The notes below the pieces were generated by a model. It was not told the DNA's origin, ran no database searches, and saw only the letters and a list, made by a program, of their open reading frames with translations. A program made the position numbers and the translations under genes. From Thermoflavimicrobium daqui (GTDB lineage Bacteria; Bacillota; Bacilli; Thermoactinomycetales; Thermoactinomycetaceae): a DNA stretch of 24,000 bases. Of this stretch, positions 1 through 6,540 are shown in pieces; position 1 is the stretch's first letter; each line of letters begins with the position of its first letter. Location of the stretch: positions 271,911 through 295,910 of the forward strand of contig NZ_KZ845663.1 in assembly GCF_003313465.1 (NCBI RefSeq), written 5' to 3'.

Positions 1-3
1 GAT

Positions 4-1470
4 TCAAGAAAAATCCCCTTGAAATGAATACGAAAGATCAATCGTGCCATCTGGATGTACTTCCACTTGATTGAGCAAAGTCTTAAATACCTGAAGTAAG
101 TCTTGCTGCTCATTTTCTAATGCGGCAAAAGCCTGCTGGATATTATGAATCCGTTTTTGAACATACTCCCTTTTATTTAATGAAACTAGCTCAACCTCGA
201 TTTGCTCCATTCTATGATCCAGCTCGTTTCTTTTTAATTCAAACTCCTGTTTGCCTATCAACTTATCTAGATAGACATCAAGCAGATCCTTCTTTTTCTC
301 TTCAAGCTGTGCTTTTTGCTTTTGCAGTTGACTCATTTTGATCCTCTTCTTTGACTCCAACTCGCTGACAAAATGAAATGAAATGGACTGACCTTTTTCT
401 TTCAATTGAGAAATGATAAAAGCACGTATATCTTCATATGTAATCGGATGATGATTGACACACCCAGCTTTGGCTGCTCTTCGATATGCCGAACATTTCA
501 AGTAATAATAGTGCTTCTTTTCGCCATTGGCTAATTTTTTACATGACTGAACAATGACCATATGACTACCACATTCACTACACTTTATAATTCCTCTTAA
601 GTCATTCCATGCAGTACTTTTGACTTTGCTTTTCTTTTCATAGTTGGCTGCTTCCCATTGCTCTCTCGAAATAATCGGCATATGATGATCTTTAAAAATT
701 AACCACTTTTCCTTTGGGTTCCGTATTTGCTTTTTCCTTCCCCCAACTTTTATCGTTGTATACTGATTGAGGATAAAGTCGCCACAATAGATGGGGTTCT
801 GGATCATTCGTTGCACCGAAGTTACTTGCCATTTGCTCTTATTTTTCGGTTTGATATTTAGTTGATTTAGTTCCAGTGTAATCCGCTTATAACCCCATCC
901 ATTTAAGTACCAGTCGAAGATTTGCCGTACTACTTTCGCTTCCTCTTGATTGATTTTCAAAAAACCCTCTTCCCGATCATACCCGTATGGAATCCGTCCG
1001 ACATGTTCTCCTCGCCGAACCTTTGCCGCTAGTGCTGCAGTAATACCTGCTGAAAGAGTCCGACTATACTGTGCGGCAAAAAGCGACCAAAGTTCAAATG
1101 CCATATCGTTTTTCCCAGCTTTATTGGAGTCATATCCCTCTTCGATTGAGATGATTCGAACATTGTGAGCGATAAACGTTTCACGAATCTCTAAGGAATC
1201 CTTTAAGTCCCGAGCTAAACGGCTAATGGACTTAAAGACAACCATATCCATTTCTTTCTTCTTCGCTTTTTCCAGCAATAACTGGATCGCTGGGCGTTCC
1301 AAAAACAAAGTCCCACTAATGCCATGATCCTTATAAATCGCGTTCTCATCCCATTCATATCCATTCCGTTCTAACCAGTTTCGACATATGTCAATCTGAT
1401 TTTCAACGGAGGATACTTGCTCATCCCGATCCGTTGACACCCGCACATACACAGCGTATTTGCTTTTCAT
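4..1470 (-). CDS. large serine recombinase (integrase/resolvase family)
   Basis: 488-aa ORF. The N-terminus YAVYVRVSTDRDEQVSSVENQ carries the catalytic-Ser motif and is followed by SISRLARD. The C-terminal half has a Cys cluster (CSECGSHM...CSAYRR...GC) and a long coiled coil, as in large serine recombinases. An AAGGTGA SD precedes the ATG. Confidence 0.9.
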   Translation of the reverse strand: MKSKYAVYVRVSTDRDEQVSSVENQIDICRNWLERNGYEWDENAIYKDHGISGTLFLERPAIQLLLEKAKKKEMDMVVFKSISRLARDLKDSLEIRETFIAHNVRIISIEEGYDSNKAGKNDMAFELWSLFAAQYSRTLSAGITAALAAKVRRGEHVGRIPYGYDREEGFLKINQEEAKVVRQIFDWYLNGWGYKRITLELNQLNIKPKNKSKWQVTSVQRMIQNPIYCGDFILNQYTTIKVGGRKKQIRNPKEKWLIFKDHHMPIISREQWEAANYEKKSKVKSTAWNDLRGIIKCSECGSHMVIVQSCKKLANGEKKHYYYLKCSAYRRAAKAGCVNHHPITYEDIRAFIISQLKEKGQSISFHFVSELESKKRIKMSQLQKQKAQLEEKKKDLLDVYLDKLIGKQEFELKRNELDHRMEQIEVELVSLNKREYVQKRIHNIQQAFAALENEQQDLLQVFKTLLNQVEVHPDGTIDLSYSFQGDFS

Positions 1471-1520
1471 GCAATCACCTTAAGTATGGATAATATACTA
1501 GATATTTCCATTATATCGGT

Positions 1521-1566
1521 AATTTGGAAAAATACAAAACCCATCTGTACTGGGAGATGGGTTTTG
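1521..1566 (-). terminator. rho-independent terminator between mini-array 1 and the recombinase gene
   Basis: A 12-bp stem (CAAAACCCATCT / AGATGGGTTTTG, 1535-1546 / 1555-1566) is followed on the minus strand by TATTTTTCC. A homologous hairpin lies at 5088-5119 in copy 2. Confidence 0.6.
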
Positions 1567-1705
1567 TAGTATGCTGTTTAGTTTATCTTGGGAAGAGTCT
1601 CTCTTTTGTAATCAAAAAGACTTAATAGGATTTTTAGACAAAGAACTAAAGAATCCATTTTGGTTTTAATACTAAGAGCTAAAAAACAGCTTTAGAGGTC
1701 AGAAA

Positions 1706-1964
1706 ATATCAATCCTCTTAATGAGGTGTTTTCTATTGTTATACCCGCTGCGACTATGACACTGGTAGCTTGGGCCCGGTTTCAATCCTCTTAATGAGGT
1801 GTTTTCTATTGTTATGTTAAATGGATACCCGCTGAACAAGTTCAAGCAAATGAAGTTTCAATCCTCTTAATGAGGTGTTTTCTATTGTTATATAAAAGCC
1901 AACCCTTGAAGGAGTTCCAGAATTAAGGTTTCAATCCTCTTAATGAGGTGTTTTCTATTGTTAT
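1706..1964 (-). CRISPR. mini-CRISPR array 1: four 37-nt repeats and three spacers, Cas6-type (type I/III-like) repeat
   Basis: Plus-strand repeats GTTTCAATCCTCTTAATGAGGTGTTTTCTATTGTTAT lie at 1779-1815, 1855-1891 and 1928-1964, with a 5'-degenerate copy at 1706-1742. Spacers are 36, 39 and 36 nt. The reverse complement ends in ATTGAAAC and contains the hairpin CCTC-ATTAA-GAGG. The degenerate repeat is distal to the conserved leader. Confidence 0.9.
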
Positions 1965-2234
1965 AGCAGATGTTTGGAAACCTTGTTACTTCTAGCTTTG
2001 TAAGCTCATTTCCGAACACCTCTCCTTTTTCGGCTTTTCAAGGTGCCTTTACATCGCTAAGAGCTGTCTGACAATTTATCTATCCCTTATGTAACAGGGA
2101 CTTTCGCATTTCCGAACACCCCTTGGGATTTTTCCGAAGCTCATGGTGTTCGCAAAGCTACTAAACCTCTAACTAAAAGATTACACTATTCCAAATTGAA
2201 TATCAAGATTAACAATGATCCAAGCTATATCCAT
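1965..2234 (-). promoter_or_regulatory. CRISPR leader, copy 1 (270 nt, homologous to 5574-5843)
   Basis: It abuts the intact terminal repeat. It aligns over its whole length and without net indels to the flank of array 2. It includes a 58-nt block (2101-2158) identical in both copies. Confidence 0.7.
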
Positions 2235-2334
2235 GGGTCATAAAACGTGAAAATACACATAACTATACTTCTTCAGAAGAAGAAAGAGTAAATTTCCAAC
2301 CAAAACAAAATGAATTTTTCGACACAACCTCTCT

Positions 2335-2529
2335 TCAGTGATGGACTTTGAGCTCTCCGAAGTCATCCTTACTTTCGTTAAGAGGTGAAAAACATCTTCT
2401 ACATTTTTCCGGTTTATTAAGTTCCCAAATGTGTAGTGTATAGCATTGTGGGCATCCATCAACACTTTTACAGAATGTTCTTTCTGCGGATCGAATGCGT
2501 TTATTCGGATCGAGATTTATTTTTATCAA
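2335..2529 (-). CDS. hypothetical small Cys-rich (Zn-ribbon-like) protein
   Basis: 64-aa ORF with a TTG start preceded by GGAAGGAAG. It contains CxxxxxCxxC...CxxC (CKSVDGCPQC...CRRC). I recognise no family for it. Confidence 0.3.
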   Translation of the reverse strand: MIKINLDPNKRIRSAERTFCKSVDGCPQCYTLHIWELNKPEKCRRCFSPLNESKDDFGELKVHH

Positions 2530-2760
2530 CGCATTTTTCTTCCTTCCTATTAGATATCATTCCTTTTAATCACTAGCTACTATCCTTAACATGATCTAAT
2601 AATCATACATTATATTCAGAATATTTTATGTGATATTTTGGTTCCCTGTATTCAATTTAACATTGGTAGGTACCACTGTCAACCCATACGCTGACGATTA
2701 ATCTAATTTATGATAATATTAAAATATCTATATTGATCATAAATCAGGGAGGCTTTTCAC

Positions 2761-3231
2761 TTGGCTAGAAAAGATTACTATCATCAAGCAAATGCCCCTC
2801 AGTCCAATTCGTTGGTTCCAGCTGCCTCGGCTGTTGTCACAAATTCTAAGGGGCAAATCCTATTACACAAACGAAGTGACAATCAGTTGTGGTCATTACC
2901 AGGTGGGACGATGGAGTTAGGAGAGACTATACAAGAAACGATTATTCGTGAGGTGAAAGAAGAGACTGGGTTTGATGTGGAAGTCCTTAAATGTATAGGG
3001 ATTTATACTGATCCCGGTCATATCATTGAGTTTTCCGATGGGGAAGTTCGGCAACAATTTTCCATCTGCTTTGCTTGCCGTATCATAGGTGGAGAACTGG
3101 CAATAAGTTCAGAGTCCATTCAAGTAAGACTTTTCTCGAAAGACGAATTAGCATCCCTTCAATTACATCCCGCCCAGCAAATCCGGCTCCAAGACTTTTT
3201 TGCCAATCAAGAAAAAGCATTTATTAGATAA
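2761..3231 (+). CDS. NUDIX hydrolase
   Basis: 156 aa. It has a canonical Nudix box, GTMELGETIQETIIREVKEETGF (GX5EX7REUXEEXGU). A GGGAGG SD lies 8 nt upstream of the TTG start. Confidence 0.85.
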   Translation: MARKDYYHQANAPQSNSLVPAASAVVTNSKGQILLHKRSDNQLWSLPGGTMELGETIQETIIREVKEETGFDVEVLKCIGIYTDPGHIIEFSDGEVRQQFSICFACRIIGGELAISSESIQVRLFSKDELASLQLHPAQQIRLQDFFANQEKAFIR

Positions 3232-3270
3232 ATGACTAATTATATTCAGCGAAAAAACGAGGTGAAGTGA

Positions 3271-4071
3271 GTGAGTAATATTTCAAAGATTGATGAGGTG
3301 GTTAAAACTATAAAAAGTCAAATCGAACAAGGGGACTATAACGCTGGACAACGCTTACCCTCTGAGCGAGAATTAGCAGAAAAACTCAAAGTCAGTCGTT
3401 CTACGATTCGTACCTCACTTCTTCGACTTCAAGCAGAAAATTTGATCGATATTGTGCCTCGTGGAGGGGTCTTTGTACGCTCGAATACTCCAATAGAAAT
3501 TTTAGGTTGTTCCAACCTTCCAACGCTTGAAGGGCTTGAACTTCAGCGGTCAGATTCTTACATGGAGATCTTACAAAGAAAAGGAAGAGAAGTTTTAGTA
3601 CGTTTTCTGGAACCATCTGTAATTATTCCGGCTAGTGTAGAAATTGCAAAGAAATTAAACATTAATCCAAATGTGGAGGTCTTTCGTAGATATCGTGTTC
3701 AGATTGTAGATCGGATTCCTTACCGGATTATGGATAGTTATTATCTTGCATCTTTGCTTAAGGAAATGCACGAACAGGATCAACAACATTTTCCCTTACT
3801 AAGATGGGATAAAAACTATGTTCCATTTTTTAAATGGCTTAGAAAAACGAAAGCGTTTTATCCTTCACGTACCAAAGAACGCTTAAAATGCCGAATGCCT
3901 ACTGCCGAAGAAGCATCTATTTTAAATATTGCCAGAAATCAGCCTGTTGTAGAAATGTATCGTTGGATCTGGGGAAGCTTTAAAGAGGAAGAAGAGGAAA
4001 TCCTTTTTGAGTATAGCCGATTTATCTGCAATGCTTCCTTATATGAATTTGAATACATATATGATATTTAA
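3271..4071 (+). CDS. GntR-family transcriptional regulator (HutC/UTRA-like C-terminal domain)
   Basis: 266 aa. The N-terminal winged HTH reads LPSERELAEKLKVSRSTIRTSLLRLQAENLI. It has a roughly 190-aa C-terminal effector domain. The start is GTG with a GAGGTGA SD. Confidence 0.8.
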   Translation: MSNISKIDEVVKTIKSQIEQGDYNAGQRLPSERELAEKLKVSRSTIRTSLLRLQAENLIDIVPRGGVFVRSNTPIEILGCSNLPTLEGLELQRSDSYMEILQRKGREVLVRFLEPSVIIPASVEIAKKLNINPNVEVFRRYRVQIVDRIPYRIMDSYYLASLLKEMHEQDQQHFPLLRWDKNYVPFFKWLRKTKAFYPSRTKERLKCRMPTAEEASILNIARNQPVVEMYRWIWGSFKEEEEEILFEYSRFICNASLYEFEYIYDI

Positions 4072-4166
4072 ACATACAGAATAGCATGTGATTATCCATA
4101 TGGTATTTTAATTTACTCCCGAGTATTTTCATAGCAAAATTTTTTTAAAGGAGTATAAGCTATACG

Positions 4167-4766
4167 ATGAATCTACTTGATAATTCACAATCCAATTCAA
4201 TTGGTTTCGAAAGAAAATGGCTTTCTCAATTCATTCCTACTGAATCCGCTCGATATCAACACATATTAGGGGTTGTTCAGTACATGGAAAACCTCCTTCC
4301 AAGGCTAAATGTCCCTTATGACTGGAAACCTCTTCTTTTACAGGCTTGTTATTTACATGATATTGGCTATTCTCCAAACTTCATCAAATACGATTTTCAT
4401 CCCCTCGATGGAGCCATTTTTGCTTCCAAAAAAGGATTCTTAAAACCAGTTGTAGCCTCCATCCTTTTTCATTCTTGTGCCTTTGAAATGGTGAAAAAAA
4501 CACGTAACGATTTGATAGAGCTATATGAAATTAACTATACTCTGTTGGATCAACTGGATCTGCTATTTATTGATCTGGTTACATTTTGTGATCTACATAC
4601 TTCTTCTACTGGTCAGCCCATCACATTCCAAGACCGAGTACAAGATGTTTTAGATCGTTATGGACCCCATCATGAAGTATCAAAACTTATGTTAGCAAAT
4701 CGTCCTTACTATGAAATGACGATTAGAAACGTGAACAGAATACTAAGTAAATCAATAGAACTCTAA
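4167..4766 (+). CDS. HD-domain phosphohydrolase-like protein
   Basis: 199 aa. H...HD...H...D pattern (QHILGV, YLHDIGY, FHPLDG, FHSCA, CDLH). An AAAGGAG SD lies upstream. Confidence 0.7.
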   Translation: MNLLDNSQSNSIGFERKWLSQFIPTESARYQHILGVVQYMENLLPRLNVPYDWKPLLLQACYLHDIGYSPNFIKYDFHPLDGAIFASKKGFLKPVVASILFHSCAFEMVKKTRNDLIELYEINYTLLDQLDLLFIDLVTFCDLHTSSTGQPITFQDRVQDVLDRYGPHHEVSKLMLANRPYYEMTIRNVNRILSKSIEL

Positions 4767-4788
4767 ACGATTCATCAGTTTGGTTTTC

Positions 4789-4842
4789 CATCAACCAGGA
4801 ACTAGCCTACTTTGCTTCTGCAATCCGGTAGTTCAGGCTTTG
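4789..4842 (-). pseudogene. 3'-end fragment of a DnaC-like gene plus its downstream flank (homologous to about 7152-7215)
   Basis: CTGCAATCCGGTAGTTCAGGCTTT matches CTGCAATCCGGTAATTCAGACTTT at the stop-proximal end of 7181..7996. ACTAGCCT and its flank are also shared. Confidence 0.6.
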
Positions 4843-5023
4843 CTGGGAGCTCCAAAAACAAAGTCCCACTAGTGTCATGATCTTTATAAATCGCATGCTC
4901 ATCCCATTTATATCCATTCCGTTCTAACCAGTTTTGACATATGACAATTTGATTTTCAACGGAGGATACTTGCTCATCCTGATCCGTTGAAACCCGTACA
5001 TACATAGCGTATTTGACTTTCAT
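4843..5023 (-). pseudogene. 5' fragment (about 60 codons) of a serine recombinase paralogous to 4..1470
   Basis: MKVKYAMYVRVSTDQDEQVSSVENQIVICQNWLERNGYKWDEHAIYKDH... aligns to the N-terminus of the intact gene. DNA homology to 1291-1470 stops abruptly near 4843. Confidence 0.85.
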
Positions 5024-5074
5024 ACAAATACCATAAATATGGATATCATTGAATTTCGTTCCATTATAGTAATT

Positions 5075-5119
5075 ATTTAAAAACAATCAAAGCCCATCTA
5101 ACCATACAGATGGGTTTTG
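5075..5119 (-). terminator. terminator hairpin, copy 2 (homolog of 1521-1566)
   Basis: Stem CAAAGCCCATCT / AGATGGGTTTTG, with a T-rich tract downstream on the minus strand. Confidence 0.5.
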
Positions 5120-5178
5120 ATTGTTTTTATTTAGTTTATCTTGGATGTGTCCACCATTACTTTAGGTAATAAAACTAG

Positions 5179-5389
5179 GTTTCAATTTCATAATAGACTC
5201 AACTCTATTTTAAGTGTAGAGCTTTCAATTCCTTGTCACAAAAGGACTTTCAAGCTCATTTACGAGCACTACAGAAAAATAAGCTTTTTTAATGTAGCTT
5301 CACAATAAAAATTATGTCACAAAGTCTATTTAGATCAGATATATCAGCGAGTACGAGCAAGACGGAAAGATAGCAATAGGCGCTACAAT
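5179..5389 (-). repeat. decayed repeat and leader remnant
   Basis: A degenerate repeat-like GTTTCAATTTCATAATAG...CTATT lies at 5179-5215. CTTTCAAGCTCATTTACGAGCAC resembles the leader motif CTTTGTAAGCTCATTTCCGAACAC. Confidence 0.35.
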
Positions 5390-5573
5390 GTTTCAATTCT
5401 CTTGATGAGGTGTTTTTTATTGTTATTGTTTTAAAGGAAGTTGATGCAGAGCAAGTAGCAAAGTTTCAATCCTCTTAATGAGGTGTTTTTTATTGTTATT
5501 AATTATTAGTCCTGCGTTTTGTACTTGTAGATTTTCGTTTCAATCCTCTTAATGAGGTGTTTTTTATTGTTAT
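5390..5573 (-). CRISPR. mini-CRISPR array 2: three 37-nt repeats and two spacers
   Basis: Repeats lie at 5390-5426 (variant AATTCTCTTGATGAGG), 5463-5499 and 5537-5573. The consensus differs from array 1 at one position (T instead of C at nt 28). Spacers are 36 and 37 nt. Confidence 0.9.
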
Positions 5574-5843
5574 AGCGGATGTCTGGAAACCTTGTTATGT
5601 CTAGCTTTGTAAGCTCATTTCCGATCACCTCGCCATTTTTGGCTGTTTCATGCAAATTTTAGCTAATAAGAGCTGTCTGATAATTTATCTATCCTTTACA
5701 TATCAAGGGCTTTCGCATTTCCGAACACCCCTTGGGATTTTTCCGAAGCTCATGGTGTTCGCAAAGCAACGAAACCTCTTACTAAGAGATTACATTATTC
5801 TTAATTGAATATCAAGTCGAGCAGTGATTTAAGCTATATCCAT
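5574..5843 (-). promoter_or_regulatory. CRISPR leader, copy 2 (270 nt)
   Basis: Homologous to 1965-2234. The block at 5710-5767 is identical to 2101-2158. Confidence 0.7.
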
Positions 5844-6258
5844 AAAGCCAATCCACCCGGCAATTCTCAGTAAATCGGTTTTATGAATAACTCGATATCA
5901 TACTAACAAACCATTTTTTATCTAAGTCTATAGTGAATTCTTGATGATCTTGCCATTGATCCATAGCCAATCCTCCTCTAAGGCTATGTTTTTACCGAAT
6001 TGGGTGTATTATAACATCTATTCGAAACTCTCACATTTCTGGATAGCGTTCTTGAATTCCAGCGGTTATACTTTTATTAACCCGTTCTTTCGTGGGTTTA
6101 ATCTTATATCTTGTTAAGGAGATTTAACAATGAACAAAGAGCTTTACAGGTATTGCGGGCTGAAAGCCCACGGTTTCAATCGTAGGATGAAAGACTGCGT
6201 TGCTCGGTAATCCCTTTTTGGGATTGCTTAGAGCAACAATTTTCTGTATAATCGAATA

Positions 6259-6540
6259 CATGAGCGGTGCTCATCCTACTTATAGTAGGTTTTGTTCCTA
6301 TGTACGTCATGGTATGGGGTTCTAGTGGCGAACAAGTCTCTCCCACTAGGGAAAATCATGAGAGTGAGTGAAAAGGAACTAGAACGCTGGTAATAGGCGT
6401 TCCGCCTATGTGGGTACATTTCTAACTGCATGGGACGGGGTGATGACACACCCCTGAACTTGGGAGTTGTTCAAAACGGAAACGGACTGCGAACGCTAAC
6501 TATCCAAGAATCCCATCGGCTTCAGCCGTGGGAGTGTCAA
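6259..6540 (+). ncRNA. candidate structured RNA or long 5' leader of unknown class
   Basis: A possible promoter is TTGCTT (6224-6229), 17 nt, TATAAT (6247-6252) with TG just upstream. A chain of perfect short helices follows: 6261-6273, 6275-6289, 6322-6349, 6393-6409, 6437-6454 and 6511-6531. Long-range pairs are also possible (GTTCTAG 6319-6325 / CTAGAAC 6379-6385; CTTGG 6458-6462 / CCAAG 6504-6508). GC content is higher than in the flanks. Confidence 0.3.

Noticed and set aside
120-1168. Plus-strand ORFs 120..341 and 950..1168.
   Set aside because: They are antisense shadows of the serine recombinase gene.
1741-1836. The shared string ACCCGCTG (ATACCCGCTG with flanking bases) in spacers 1 and 2 of mini-array 1, as a hint of overlapping protospacers.
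   Set aside because: The match is only 8-10 nt and cannot be distinguished from chance without the target sequences.
2238-2465. A 75-aa minus-strand ORF overlapping the 2335..2529 ORF.
   Set aside because: It overlaps the slightly better supported Cys-rich ORF in another frame and has no SD. At most one of the two can be real.
3401-3616. The minus-strand ORF inside the GntR gene. The same judgement applies to 6500..6778, 7995..8249, 11301..11549 and 19193..19447.
   Set aside because: Each is antisense to a well-supported CDS and has no ribosome-binding site.
6169-6192. GGTTTCAATCGTAGGATGAAAG, which shares its first 9 nt with the mini-array repeat and could be a solitary repeat.
   Set aside because: The similarity is limited to GTTTCAATC, there is no second copy, and the rest does not align. 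It may be chance.
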